64,000 nucleotides of DNA from a bacterium. GTDB taxonomy: Bacteria > Patescibacteriota > Minisyncoccia > Phycocordibacterales > UBA2100. This document shows, piece by piece, positions 18,735-28,977 of the stretch. The translations under genes were made by a program, and so were the position numbers. Below the pieces are notes generated by a model. That model was not told where the DNA came from and made no database searches. It saw only the letters and a list, made by a program, of their open reading frames with translations. Where the stretch lies: the NCBI GenBank assembly GCA_009924895.1, contig RFQR01000005.1, positions 3,710 to 67,709 on the forward strand, written 5' to 3'. Each line of letters begins with the position of its first letter. Position 1 is the first letter of the stretch.

Positions 18735-19874
18735 TTATGCTTCGTGAGAGATTCCGATTTCAAGTAATGCGTTTGCAATCGTACCTGCGGCACCGGGACG
18801 TGCGTACGCAGCGGCAGCAGCGGACATCTGTATCCGGAGTGATTCGTTTTGTACGAGACGATCAATCTCCGCGATAAGCACATGAGGGGTTAGATTTTTT
18901 TGTTCGATAACAATGCAGGCGCCTGCACGTGCGTATGAAAACGCATTTTCGGTTTGATCGCGCGATACATCTTCAGGAATCGGAATAAGGATAGCAGGCA
19001 AGCCCCATGCCGCGACTTCAAAAATAGTGCCGCTACCTGCGCGTACTATGACGAGAGATGAAATGCCAGCCGTCATGCGCAGCGCAAGAGTATTGAGGAG
19101 TCCAAATACTCGGTAACGATCGGCGTGTTGTGATGTTTTGAGCGACACCGAGGAGATGCTTTTTACTTCTTCCAAGTTCGTGCTTCCTGTTTGGTGCACA
19201 ACATTGTATCGAGTAACGAGTTCGGGGAGAGCATCGAGCACCGTCTCATTGATTGCCTGTGCGCCCTGAGACCCTCCCATAAAGAAGAGTGTCGGCACGT
19301 CCGGTTTGAGCTTTAAAAATTCATGTCCGCCCTCGCGCGTAAAATGCTCGATTTCGCTGCGGATGGGGTGACCAGTTCGTGCAATTTTTTCACGAGCTTT
19401 TTCAGGAAAGTTTTCTGCTGCTTCAGGGTGCGCAACGGCGATATACTGAGCAAACTTCGATGCCCAGAGCGAAACACGTCCAGGACGAGCATCAGCATCG
19501 TAGATTACGACTGGAATCATGAGGAATCGTGCTGCCCATAGCGTCGGAAATGCCGCATAGCCACCGGTAGAAAAGACTGCATCTGGATAGAGTCGAAACA
19601 TGATGAAGAGCGACTGCACAAGCCCCCATCCTGTTTTGAATATATCAAACACGTTGAGGATGCTGCTATAAGCTCGCTTTTTTCCGGCGGGACTAAATAT
19701 AGGGGTGATGGCGTGTTCGGCAAGTGCGCGTGGGTCAAAGGGGGATGGACCCACATAGAAAAGCTCAGGCTCAATGAGGGTGCGTTCCTCGGCAATTTTT
19801 TCTAGTGATTCAGCGACGGCAATAAGGGGGTAAAAATGCCCACCTGTTCCCCCGCCAGTTAATACGATACGCAT
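18735..19874 (-). CDS. murG: MurG glycosyltransferase
   Basis: GGGTGGH, GGY, GGSQGA, RAGSGT, DQTENA. Confidence 0.95.
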   Translation of the reverse strand: MRIVLTGGGTGGHFYPLIAVAESLEKIAEERTLIEPELFYVGPSPFDPRALAEHAITPIFSPAGKKRAYSSILNVFDIFKTGWGLVQSLFIMFRLYPDAVFSTGGYAAFPTLWAARFLMIPVVIYDADARPGRVSLWASKFAQYIAVAHPEAAENFPEKAREKIARTGHPIRSEIEHFTREGGHEFLKLKPDVPTLFFMGGSQGAQAINETVLDALPELVTRYNVVHQTGSTNLEEVKSISSVSLKTSQHADRYRVFGLLNTLALRMTAGISSLVIVRAGSGTIFEVAAWGLPAILIPIPEDVSRDQTENAFSYARAGACIVIEQKNLTPHVLIAEIDRLVQNESLRIQMSAAAAAYARPGAAGTIANALLEIGISHEA

Positions 19875-19916
19875 ACAAAACAGTATATAGCCACTAGGGT
19901 TTAGCTACTAGTAGAA

Positions 19917-20216
19917 TTACTGGTTTAAATAACCAATCATTTTTTCAACATCCTCGGGCTTTGAACCAACAATCGGTACCATTGCGCGTAAAAGATTCTC
20001 CATTTGCTTCTGACCTTCTGCGTCTTGTTCCTTAACGGCATTACCGAGTTCTTTCAATATTCCTTCTACCATACGCCCAACTCGCGGTCCCTTGTTGAAT
20101 GCCTCTTGTGAAAATGCTTTTGCGGCCTCATTAAACTTACTTCGAACTTGTTCCCCGAGGTGTAACGCTCCCTCGTGCTTTTTTATTTCATTGTTCTGAG
20201 TTTTTTCTAGTCCCAT
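19917..20216 (-). CDS. Hypothetical helical protein
   Basis: 99-aa ORF filling the ftsW-murG gap. Confidence 0.55.
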   Translation of the reverse strand: MGLEKTQNNEIKKHEGALHLGEQVRSKFNEAAKAFSQEAFNKGPRVGRMVEGILKELGNAVKEQDAEGQKQMENLLRAMVPIVGSKPEDVEKMIGYLNQ

Positions 20217-20257
20217 AGTTAAAATTTTCTTGAATAAATCGTCACAAAACTATTGTA

Positions 20258-21358
20258 CTACCCCTTTCGCGCTCGGGAAATGTTGAGAAGTATGCCTGCA
20301 GAGAGTAATGAAACTATCATGGCGGAACCACCCTGGCTTACAAAGGTGAGTGGAATTCCGGTAAGGGGCACCACACCGAGCATGGCACCAATGTTTATAA
20401 AGGCTTCAGCGGAAAGATACGTAGCAATACCAACACCAAGATAGAGGCCAAACGCGTCAGGTGCGCGAGCGGCGACCGAGTATCCGCGCAGACAGAGGAG
20501 CAAAAAACCAATAATGAATACAACGCTCCCGACAAATCCCAGTTCTTCTCCGATAACAGCAAAGATAGAGTCACCCATTGGCTCTGGCAAGTACGTGAAT
20601 TTCTGTATACCTTGACCGAAACCACGGCCAGTCATACCCCCTGAGCCAATCGCGATGAGTGATTGCCGAATTTGATACCCTTCGGACTGGGAATTATGTG
20701 CTGGGTTTACAAATGTGACGATACGGTCTCGCACGTATGGGCGAAAAACTGCCAAAATTCCGATCAGAAGAAAACCAATGACGATGAGTGTGGCGATGTG
20801 GTGGAAGCGTGCGCCTGCGACGAAAAAGACGGTGCAAATACCGATACAAACGACCCCCAGCGTTCCCATATCAGGCTGTAGCACCAAGAGGAGTACTGGC
20901 AGCGCCATAATCGCGCACAGTCCCCCGACTCCCCACTTGAGTGTTTGGGTGCGTACGCCAATTGCTGAAAAATAAGCAGCAGAAAGTATAATCCCGGCGA
21001 GTTTCAAAAGTTCTGCGGGCTGAAATGTTCCAAAGCCAAAGTTAATCCATCGCTTTCCGCCGCCATGCTCCATGCCAATCCCGGGAACAAACACCAAGCA
21101 TGTCGCAATGAGCGCTGTCACAAAAATACTGATTGCATAGGGCTGCAGTTTTCGGTAGTCAATGAGTGCCGCTGTGACCATAAGTACGAGTCCCGCTCCA
21201 ACACCGAGTACCAAATGATTGAACACCGCTCGAGTGATATGCGTTTCTCCGCGGGCAAGAAGTCCAAAAGCACCCGAAGCAAAAATCAGCATGCCCGAGA
21301 CAAGGAGGAGTGCAACAAGGAACGCAAGTGGCCGATCCACGCTCGTACGGCGGTTCAT
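20258..21358 (-). CDS. ftsW: SEDS peptidoglycan polymerase FtsW
   Basis: RWI, FQPAEL, QPDMGT, IGEELG, PLTGIPLTFVSQGGS. Confidence 0.92.
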   Translation of the reverse strand: MNRRTSVDRPLAFLVALLLVSGMLIFASGAFGLLARGETHITRAVFNHLVLGVGAGLVLMVTAALIDYRKLQPYAISIFVTALIATCLVFVPGIGMEHGGGKRWINFGFGTFQPAELLKLAGIILSAAYFSAIGVRTQTLKWGVGGLCAIMALPVLLLVLQPDMGTLGVVCIGICTVFFVAGARFHHIATLIVIGFLLIGILAVFRPYVRDRIVTFVNPAHNSQSEGYQIRQSLIAIGSGGMTGRGFGQGIQKFTYLPEPMGDSIFAVIGEELGFVGSVVFIIGFLLLCLRGYSVAARAPDAFGLYLGVGIATYLSAEAFINIGAMLGVVPLTGIPLTFVSQGGSAMIVSLLSAGILLNISRARKG

Positions 21359-21359
21359 A

Positions 21360-22418
21360 CTAGCGGCCTAAAATAGCAATAATGACACCCGCAAATGCGA
21401 ACACAACCGAGAGCACCCAATACCGCATAGTAACTTTGTACCCCGGCCAGCCAAGTGCTTCAAAGTGGTGGTGAAGCGGAGCGATTCGAAATAGCTTACG
21501 CTTAAATATCTTTTTCCACGCGAGCTGGAGTACATCGGAAAGAACCGTAAGTACGAGGAGGAGCCCAATAACAGGAAGTACAAAGATACCGACTCCCCCG
21601 CCGAGCGTATCGGTCATAAACGCAATCGTACCGAGACAGAGCGTGAGACCCATGGTTCCGGTATCAGACATGTAGAATCGTGCGGGCGGAATGTTGAACC
21701 AGAGAAATGCGAGAATGCCGCCCACTATCGCTGCCGAAAAAGCAGCGAGATCTGCTTGTCCCTGCACAAATGCTATGATCGCGTACGCGGCAAAAATTGA
21801 CCCAAAGACGCCTCCCGAAAGTCCGTCGATTCCGTCGATTACACCTGAAGCATAGAGGGCAAGCGACATAAGAACAAAAAACGGAATGATAAAGACACCA
21901 ATAACGAGTGGCTGAAAGAAGGGTATGCCGATTGCAACGACGCCAAGCTTTGCAAAAAACCACCACCCGATAAACGTCGAGAAGAGTGTGACAATGCTGA
22001 GACGCACCGTAAGTGGCATGCCTTCCCCGCTTTCCCTCACGACCATGAGATCATCTAAAAATCCAGCATAAGCACCTATAAGTAGTGTTGCAAAGGGTAT
22101 CCACGTTTGCGAACGGCTTAAGAAATCAAGTTGAAACGTTTGTGCACTTGGAATAATGTAGGACAAAAGTGAGGTGACAATAACCGTGAGAAAGACGCTG
22201 CCCCACACGACAATCCCGCCCATGCGCGGTGCACGTATTTCATTGTGAGCATGGAGACTATTAAAGACGCTCGCCTGTGTACCGTCATATGCCATTTTTC
22301 CCGCTCGCTTTTTCCACACCTTGTGTGCATAGAGGTAGTAAGTCAGGGCAGGGGTCATGAGCATGCCGATACAAAATGAGAGTGTCGCAGGCACGAGGAC
22401 AAAGACGATTTCATGCAT
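21360..22418 (-). CDS. mraY: Phospho-MurNAc-pentapeptide transferase (start uncertain)
   Basis: PRMGG, GFLDD, DGIDGL, FNIPPARFYMSDTG, APLHHHFE. Confidence 0.94.
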   Translation of the reverse strand: MHEIVFVLVPATLSFCIGMLMTPALTYYLYAHKVWKKRAGKMAYDGTQASVFNSLHAHNEIRAPRMGGIVVWGSVFLTVIVTSLLSYIIPSAQTFQLDFLSRSQTWIPFATLLIGAYAGFLDDLMVVRESGEGMPLTVRLSIVTLFSTFIGWWFFAKLGVVAIGIPFFQPLVIGVFIIPFFVLMSLALYASGVIDGIDGLSGGVFGSIFAAYAIIAFVQGQADLAAFSAAIVGGILAFLWFNIPPARFYMSDTGTMGLTLCLGTIAFMTDTLGGGVGIFVLPVIGLLLVLTVLSDVLQLAWKKIFKRKLFRIAPLHHHFEALGWPGYKVTMRYWVLSVVFAFAGVIIAILGR

Positions 22419-22464
22419 AGCGTAAGTATCGGCGAGCATAGAGGTGTGAGCAAGGATGTTGTGT

Positions 22465-23430
22465 TTATTGCGCGATTGCCTTGTGGGTTGCCTCAACCAA
22501 AGCCTTCATATCGTCGAACCTGCCCTCGTGTGTTGATCCGAGAACGACAATCACTATCGGGTGAGCAGGTCCGATTTCAAAGACAATAGCGAGGTTGCCG
22601 CCGGCAAGATCGGTAAAACCCGTCTTCCCCATCACGAGGCCTGGTATTGAGGGCAGTGCATCGTTCGTATTTTCGGCTTTTGAGTGAGCGACCGTGACAG
22701 AGCGCGAAGCAGTCTTTTCAAATACAGCCGGGCTTCGCTGGGTGACATACGCAAAAAGATGCGCTATATCGCGCGCTGAACCATACGCCCCGGACCGATT
22801 CGTTGTTTCATCAAGCCCACTCACATTAGAGAAAAAGGTATGATCAAGAGACAGTTCCTTCATGAGTTCGTTCATGCGCCATACCACGGCTTTTCCTTCT
22901 GGTGCTTCTGGAAATTGATCGCGGATTGCGCGGTCAGCAAGGAGCGCGAGCATTTCTGCACCCGCATTCGATGAGGCGACGAGTGTGTAGTCGATTAGTG
23001 CTTGCACCGTAACTATATCGCCCTTACGCAGTTCTTCTGCTTGTCCGGTTTTGCCAATTCCGTAGGGGATGGCCATGGTCGCTTCGGGAGAAAGTGTTTG
23101 CGAGACGACGAATGAGAGTGGCACTTTGGTGAGGGATGCAAGGGGGAGTTGTGCATCCGCATTGCGCTCATACAATACGGTGCCACTCTGGACGTCGTAG
23201 ACGATCGCAGCGTTTGCGATAAGCGGCACTGCTATGAATGGCTCAATCGCACTCAAGGCCGCGGCCGTCTGTGGGGCGCTCTCTGCGGAGCGAGAACCAC
23301 GATACACAAAAAATACGAGAGAGAGTGAAAGCACCGCAACTACCGCAAGCGTCACTGTTACTAACCGTTCAGTACGGGGGTCATTCGGCGTTTCCAGATG
23401 GTACGGGGTTTGCTCCATTGTATGCATCAA
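22465..23430 (-). CDS. D-Ala-D-Ala carboxypeptidase (S11)
   Basis: PLASLTK, SSN, KTGFT. Confidence 0.9.
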   Translation of the reverse strand: MMHTMEQTPYHLETPNDPRTERLVTVTLAVVAVLSLSLVFFVYRGSRSAESAPQTAAALSAIEPFIAVPLIANAAIVYDVQSGTVLYERNADAQLPLASLTKVPLSFVVSQTLSPEATMAIPYGIGKTGQAEELRKGDIVTVQALIDYTLVASSNAGAEMLALLADRAIRDQFPEAPEGKAVVWRMNELMKELSLDHTFFSNVSGLDETTNRSGAYGSARDIAHLFAYVTQRSPAVFEKTASRSVTVAHSKAENTNDALPSIPGLVMGKTGFTDLAGGNLAIVFEIGPAHPIVIVVLGSTHEGRFDDMKALVEATHKAIAQ

Positions 23431-23950
23431 AAGTGGCTAATTCGGCTAAAATACTAGCATATTCGGGCAATTCTGACGACTCTGTTGCGCCCAAGTGCGC
23501 CATCAGCTCCACCGATGGTCGGTACAGGTATTCACGGCTATCTTCTGGGTTATGGACACGTTCGATAAGGCCGCGCGCGAGAAGTGCCCGGACAGAAAAC
23601 GATGAATTAACACCGCGTATGTAGTCTATGGTTGCCCGTGTTGATGGACCCTTGTACAGTAAAACAGAAAGCACCTCGAGGCCAGCATCTCCGATCTCTT
23701 TATCGCGCTCGATTGCATATACTTCCTCAATGAGCGGCGTTGTTTCTGGAGCAACAGCGAGCGTCACTTCAGCGCCGGTATCGATAAGCGCGAGTCCTCC
23801 GGTAAGACGCGATTTCAGTATTTGCAGTGCGCTGATAAGTTCAGCGTCAGTACACTGCAAAATCTGCGCCAACTTTTTTCTACTCAAAGAGCCACCTTCG
23901 GAAAAAAGTAATGCTTCAATTTTATTTGAAAGTGCAGTTGTTTTATCCAT
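23381..23950 (-). CDS. scpB: SMC-Scp complex subunit ScpB
   Basis: IEALLF, LEVLS, IDYIRGVNS. Confidence 0.92.
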   Translation of the reverse strand: MDKTTALSNKIEALLFSEGGSLSRKKLAQILQCTDAELISALQILKSRLTGGLALIDTGAEVTLAVAPETTPLIEEVYAIERDKEIGDAGLEVLSVLLYKGPSTRATIDYIRGVNSSFSVRALLARGLIERVHNPEDSREYLYRPSVELMAHLGATESSELPEYASILAELATFDAYNGANPVPSGNAE

Positions 23951-24665
23951 AGACCGGTGCTGATGATATATTTTCTGTTTCTATCACAATGTCGGAGAAT
24001 AACTTCTCTTGTGACACTGATGCGGAACCAGAACGAACTAATTCTAACACCGCGAGAAAGTACACCACACGGTCTTCCCTACTCGCGGTCTTGGTGAGCT
24101 CGCTCCACCGTGTGCGAAAGCCGAGGGTAAGACGTTTTTTGAGGGTCCCGATAACTTCCTCAAGCGCAATCACCGGCTTTACCACCGCCTCAACCATTTT
24201 TTCAGGCGTTGGGAACGACCGCATCATTTTTTTTACCGCTGCAATGAGTTTCTGAGTGGTTGCTTCGCCAGGCGCGAAGACACGCGGACGCTCCGGTGCG
24301 CGTTGTGCAAGCATGAGCGGTTTTGTTCCCCACTGCTGCTTGAGGAGTTTTGCAGCTTTGCGATACACGGCATAACGTGCAAGGCGGTTCTCAAGCTCTT
24401 CAACGCTCTCCTTCTCTTCTTGTGTCATGTCGAGCGTCGGAAGAAGCGAGCGGGACTTTATGAGAAGCAGTGTGGAGGCAACAAGAACGAACTGCGAGGT
24501 TTCGGCAAGTGGCAGCTCCGGCAACTTTTCAACGTATGCAAGATACGAGTCAGCAACCTGTGACAGCGACACTTCTGAAATTGACATTTTTCGCGACTCA
24601 ATCAAATTCAAAAGCACCTCAAGAGGGCCTTGGAATTTTTCGTGTTCAAGTGCAAAGGAACTCAT
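23943..24665 (-). CDS. scpA: Segregation/condensation protein A
   Basis: FQGPLEVLLNLI, LLLIKSRSLLP, FLAVLEL. Confidence 0.93.
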   Translation of the reverse strand: MSSFALEHEKFQGPLEVLLNLIESRKMSISEVSLSQVADSYLAYVEKLPELPLAETSQFVLVASTLLLIKSRSLLPTLDMTQEEKESVEELENRLARYAVYRKAAKLLKQQWGTKPLMLAQRAPERPRVFAPGEATTQKLIAAVKKMMRSFPTPEKMVEAVVKPVIALEEVIGTLKKRLTLGFRTRWSELTKTASREDRVVYFLAVLELVRSGSASVSQEKLFSDIVIETENISSAPVYG

Positions 24666-24769
24666 GTACGAATTATCGCGTACCACCGACGACTTGCAAA
24701 ATAGTAAAAATGTGATTTAGTACATCTGGCTACCTTGCGTTTGGCTGGTAGCACAATGGAGAGTCTCAC

Positions 24770-24982
24770 ATGAAGACGGAAGACGATATCAGGAAGAAGG
24801 ACAAGATGGTTCACGCCACTCTCGTGGCGGTCAGACGTGCAAAAAAGCAGATGGTAGCGCTCGGCCTCACCGATGAGGCCGCTACCGGATTGGCTTTTGA
24901 GGCTTTCGAGATCAGCCTCGAGCCCAACGCCATCGCGGGAGGCACTCCGAAGATGCCCACGCAGCTCAAGCGTGTCTCGTAA
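24770..24982 (+). CDS. Orphan protein with own SD and terminator
   Basis: GGAG upstream; hairpin GAAGGCGGGAC...GTCCCGCCTTC at 25001-25028. Confidence 0.55.
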   Translation: MKTEDDIRKKDKMVHATLVAVRRAKKQMVALGLTDEAATGLAFEAFEISLEPNAIAGGTPKMPTQLKRVS

Positions 24983-25033
24983 CCCCTCTCCAGGCGCATA
25001 GAAGGCGGGACCTCAGTGTCCCGCCTTCATCTT

Positions 25034-26425
25034 TTATTTCCCCTCTTTCCGTACACTCAATCCTAATTCTGCAAGCTGTTCTGGTGTGAGTGGTTTTGGT
25101 GCTTTCATAACAGCCGTTTTGCCACCACGAGTCATAGGAAATGCCTGAACCTCGCGCAGGTACGTTTCCCCAGTTAGGTTCATGACAAGACGTTCAACAC
25201 CGAGTGCGATCCCGCCGTGCGGTGGTGCACCATAGCCGAATGCTTCGATCATGTGTCCCACTCGCTCTTCTGTTTCTTCGGGTATGTAGCCCATGATGTC
25301 GTAGACCGCTTTTAAAATTTCAGGTCGGTGCGCGCGGATAGAGCCACCTCCTGCCTCATAGCCGTTACAGACGATATCGTATTGCGTGGTGAGGATATTT
25401 CCAATGTCTTGTTTGTTCAAGACTTTGTCGACATGTTCTGGGATTGGTGAAGAAAATGGGTTGTGCGTGAAGGTCCACTTTCCATCGTCAGTCTTCTCGA
25501 AGAATGGGAATTTGTACACCCACGCAAACGCAAGTATTCCCTTCTCTTTCTCTTCGGGAGTGCGCATATCGAATTTGTCAGCGCCGTATTTTTCGATGGC
25601 CTCCTGGTAGGTAAAGCGTGGAAATGGCTTTTGTTTAATGGTGTATCCCATCGCTTCGGTTACCTCGGTGAGCATACCTTCGATAAGATCCATTACATCG
25701 CTCTGTTCCACAAACGACATTTCAATATCGATCTGTGTGTGTTCAAACCCGCGATCTGCACGCAAATCCTCGTCTCGTACTGCGCGTGCGGTTTGGAAGT
25801 AGCGTTCCATGCCACCCACCATGAGAAGCTGTTTGTACTGTTGGGGTGATTGTGGGAGTGCGTAAAAGTCTCCAGGATTCAAGCGTGATGGGACCACGAA
25901 GTCACGTGAGCCTTCCGGTGTTGATTCTGTTAAAAGTGGGGTCTCAATTTCAGTGAATTTATTTTTGTAGAGATATTCACGGCATCGTCGCACGAGTTCA
26001 CTGCGCAAACGGATGTTGCGCTGCATGCGTGCGGTGCGCAAGTCCATGTAGCGGTATTTGAGACGAGTTTCTTCGCTAATTTCAGAAGTGTCAGAAAGGT
26101 CAAATGGTGGTGTGTTTGCAGGATTCAAAATCTCGAGCGTCTCGATAACGAGCTCGATGTCGCCATTTACTTTGTCCGCCTGGACGTTTTTGTCCGGGCG
26201 CTTGTTGACGAGACCAGTGATTGCAACTACGTCTTCGGTGCGGACCTCTTTCGCCTTTTCAATGGCGGGTGATTTAGGAAGGACCACACCTTGTACGGTG
26301 CCTGACATGTCTCGCACATCAACGAATACCATCTTGCCCTGATCGCGACGGACTGAAATCCACCCCTTAATAAGAACGGTCTGTCCGACCCGTGAGGAAA
26401 GCTCACCGATAAATGTTCGTTGCAT
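25034..26425 (-). CDS. aspS: Aspartate--tRNA ligase (short, no GAD insertion)
   Basis: RLKYRYMDLR, STPEGSRDF, LPQSPQQYKQ, RDEDLRADR, APPHGGIALG. Confidence 0.94.
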   Translation of the reverse strand: MQRTFIGELSSRVGQTVLIKGWISVRRDQGKMVFVDVRDMSGTVQGVVLPKSPAIEKAKEVRTEDVVAITGLVNKRPDKNVQADKVNGDIELVIETLEILNPANTPPFDLSDTSEISEETRLKYRYMDLRTARMQRNIRLRSELVRRCREYLYKNKFTEIETPLLTESTPEGSRDFVVPSRLNPGDFYALPQSPQQYKQLLMVGGMERYFQTARAVRDEDLRADRGFEHTQIDIEMSFVEQSDVMDLIEGMLTEVTEAMGYTIKQKPFPRFTYQEAIEKYGADKFDMRTPEEKEKGILAFAWVYKFPFFEKTDDGKWTFTHNPFSSPIPEHVDKVLNKQDIGNILTTQYDIVCNGYEAGGGSIRAHRPEILKAVYDIMGYIPEETEERVGHMIEAFGYGAPPHGGIALGVERLVMNLTGETYLREVQAFPMTRGGKTAVMKAPKPLTPEQLAELGLSVRKEGK

Positions 26426-26520
26426 ATGTGTTTATCCTAGCAAAAAATGCTGAAAACAAAAGAACAGGGCCACCAGAGTAATCTGGTTGCCCATGCTAGT
26501 TTCGTGTGTGAAAGGAAACT

Positions 26521-26745
26521 TTATGAGTCGAAACGATCTGTGCCTCGACTGTTTGTTCCCCATACTTTGAGTTCTGTCGCTTCCCCACTTTCAGGTGGTT
26601 CAACGTATACAGTTCCTTTTTCGCCGGGTGGCGGTTCCTTCACAACGAGCTTCTGCCCCGGGCCGAGTTGGATCAAGGTCGTGCGTTTCCTCGCACGTTC
26701 TACCATCTCCGGGGTCACGACAGTTCACTTACGTTCGCTGCTCAA
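26521..26745 (-). pseudogene. Small orphan ORF with early in-frame TGA
   Basis: GGAGG-led TTG at 26745 is in frame with ORF 26521-26718 but interrupted by TGA at 26725-26727. Confidence 0.35.
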
Positions 26746-26803
26746 TTGAGCCTCCATTTTAAGAGTCTAGGCGTACTTTGTACGAAATATTGTACCACAA
26801 ATA

Positions 26804-27508
26804 TTACTTAGCGCCAATTTTTATATACGTTCCTTCATGAAGCAACTTTTCAGCTTCAGTTGTTGCCACATATTTCCAAGACCAACTTGGTATGCCTGGT
26901 CGAGCATTCCGAATGTTGCGTAGAGGTTCGGTAGTACAGTTGCGGTGCAAGAGTCGGTACCACCACGCCCTCTCATTATATTTGTTCGTCTCAGATTGTA
27001 TTGAATTAACGAGTGCTCGGAGCTCATCCGTCGAGAAGTTAAGTTCATTATAATGAAGCGGGTCCTTGCGTACATCACGGCGGAGCTTTACCACGTCATC
27101 TTCGTCAGCAATAATATAGAAAATCTCATAGTTGTTTGTAATCACGTGCCACACCTTAAAATCTTTCATTTCAGTTTTACGGACTTCTACTGATAAGCAC
27201 ACTTTTTTCCCCGAAAAATCAAGAATAAGAAACGTATGCGCCTGAAGCAGTGCATAAGGCTCGGTCACAAAATACGCACCAGAAAGCATATTGAGGCCGT
27301 ATGATTCAGTAGTCCAGGTAACGTCATACTCAAATTCGCTCCGATACCGAGCGTGACGCACATTTTCAATTGTGAGCATGTGCCCCGTTATTGCAAGACG
27401 CGGCTGCTTCTCGTGAAGCGGAATCCATGCCCTGTCGAGCCTAGGGCGCCACAGATTTTTCGCAATAAAAAAGAGGATAACTCCCGCAAGAATCGCGGCA
27501 AGATACAT
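26804..27508 (-). CDS. DUF4105 / Lnb N-terminal-like domain protein
   Basis: AHTFL, SVEVR, DEDDVVKLR, YRLLHRNCTT. Confidence 0.8.
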   Translation of the reverse strand: MYLAAILAGVILFFIAKNLWRPRLDRAWIPLHEKQPRLAITGHMLTIENVRHARYRSEFEYDVTWTTESYGLNMLSGAYFVTEPYALLQAHTFLILDFSGKKVCLSVEVRKTEMKDFKVWHVITNNYEIFYIIADEDDVVKLRRDVRKDPLHYNELNFSTDELRALVNSIQSETNKYNERAWWYRLLHRNCTTEPLRNIRNARPGIPSWSWKYVATTEAEKLLHEGTYIKIGAK

Positions 27509-27509
27509 A

Positions 27510-28445
27510 CTACAAACTAAGACCGATCTTTTGGCGCACCTCTTTCATTTTTGCTTGAGCTCGCTCTCGAGCTTGTTCGCTTCCCACCTTCAAGATGCGA
27601 ATAACATCCGCATCAGAAATAGAATCACGCTTTTCCCGCATGGGTGAGATGGCGGCGTCAATATCTTCAACAAGTGCGTCTTTGAGCGCTTTGTATTTTC
27701 CGCGATATGCCTCATAAAGGGGCTCGAGCTCTTCCTTTGTTTTAAAAAGAAGATGCATGGCATACACAAACGCGGGCCTCTCCCCCGCTGAGTCTGTCAT
27801 GATAGACATAACTGACTTTGCAATTTCATCTTTAGTGCCAAAAAGTGGAATGGTGTTTCCATAACTCTTACTCATTTTCTTGCCATCGGTTCCCGGCACA
27901 ACGGCAACCGATTCCAGTATACGCTCTTCAGCCTCTTTGAATGTCTGACCGTAGGCGTTATTAAATTTAGCAGCCGCTTCACGCGCGTATTCTACGTGCT
28001 GTCGTTGGTCCGCACCCACCGGAACAATATCGGTTTCATAAAGCAGGATGTCCGCTGCCATAAGCATAGGATAGTTAAAAAGTCCCGCACTCGCCTCTAT
28101 CCCTTTTGCCACTTTGTCTTTGTATGCGTGGGCTTGCATAAGAAATGGCACGCTCACGAGACACTCAAAAATCCACGCGAGTTCGGTATGCTCCTGCACC
28201 TGCGACTGTTGGAAAATAATTGTTTTTTCTGGGTCAAGGCCCGCAGCAATAAAATCTTTTGTAACCGAGATGGTGTTTTTACGAAGATCGTCACCATTCT
28301 TTACCGTCGTGAGTGCATGTAAATCGACGACACAGATCATGCTGTCGTATTGTTTTGCCAAATCAATCGCAGGCTTGAGCGCGCCGAAATAGTTACCAAT
28401 ATGCAAGTCGCCCGAGGGTTGAAGGCCAGTGAAGAGTTTTTTCAT
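27510..28445 (-). CDS. trpS: Tryptophan--tRNA ligase
   Basis: TGLQPSGDLHIGNY, YPMLMAADIL, VGADQ, KMSKS. Confidence 0.97.
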   Translation of the reverse strand: MKKLFTGLQPSGDLHIGNYFGALKPAIDLAKQYDSMICVVDLHALTTVKNGDDLRKNTISVTKDFIAAGLDPEKTIIFQQSQVQEHTELAWIFECLVSVPFLMQAHAYKDKVAKGIEASAGLFNYPMLMAADILLYETDIVPVGADQRQHVEYAREAAAKFNNAYGQTFKEAEERILESVAVVPGTDGKKMSKSYGNTIPLFGTKDEIAKSVMSIMTDSAGERPAFVYAMHLLFKTKEELEPLYEAYRGKYKALKDALVEDIDAAISPMREKRDSISDADVIRILKVGSEQARERAQAKMKEVRQKIGLSL

Positions 28446-28513
28446 ACCACTTATGGTATCAGAGGAGACACCCGCCACGAAGTACTTGCATGGATGCAAA
28501 AATTGTTTTCTTA

Positions 28514-28536
28514 TTGTGCAAGTCTGACTTGCACAA
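28514..28536. repeat. REP-like palindrome (solo copy)
   Basis: TTGTGCAAGTCTGACTTGCACAA, identical to the copies flanking the transposase at 41283 and 42065. Confidence 0.9.
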
Positions 28537-28667
28537 ACGAGAGCTTGCTGGATTTGTACTAGCAGGTACTATCAGAAGTATTACTAGCTAATACTTTTTT
28601 GAGTTTATATCTAAATGAGCGTGTGTCCCTACTCTGCCTGACGGCAGACGGGCTACGAGGAAGAGGG

Positions 28668-28977
28668 CCCAACCCTAATTTTTAGGATAGTGTTGCAAAA
28701 TGTATGCGGTGTACGTAATCCAGCACTCTCGAGATAGAAGTCTGTATGTTGATTATACCAATAATCTCAAAACAAGACTGTCTCAACATAATGCGCGCGA
28801 AAATATCTCAACAAATAGAACGGAAGGTACTTGGAAGTATGTCTATGTTGAATTATATCGTTCTGAAAAAGATGCGCGCACCAGAGAGAAGAAGTTAAAA
28901 CACCACGGCACAGCAAAACATAAACTGTTTGAAAGAATAAGAGACAGTTGTTTTGAATCCTAAAAATTAGGCCTGGG
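28668..28977 (+). mobile_element. GIY-YIG cassette bounded by inverted repeats
   Basis: CCCA-ac-CCTAATTTTTAGGAT (28668-28688) ... ATCCTAAAAATTAGG-cc-TGGG (28957-28977). Confidence 0.7.
28700..28963 (+). CDS. Small GIY-YIG nuclease (87 aa)
   Basis: YAVYVI...LYVDYT.NLKTRL.QHN...W..VYVE....A..RE..LK; the conserved Gly of YIG is Asp. Confidence 0.88.
   Translation: MYAVYVIQHSRDRSLYVDYTNNLKTRLSQHNARENISTNRTEGTWKYVYVELYRSEKDARTREKKLKHHGTAKHKLFERIRDSCFES

Noticed and set aside
26725-26727. TGA recoding (genetic code 25) suggested by an in-frame TGA
   Set aside because: mraZ, rsmH, murF and rpsM end at TGA at their expected lengths, so code 11 applies.
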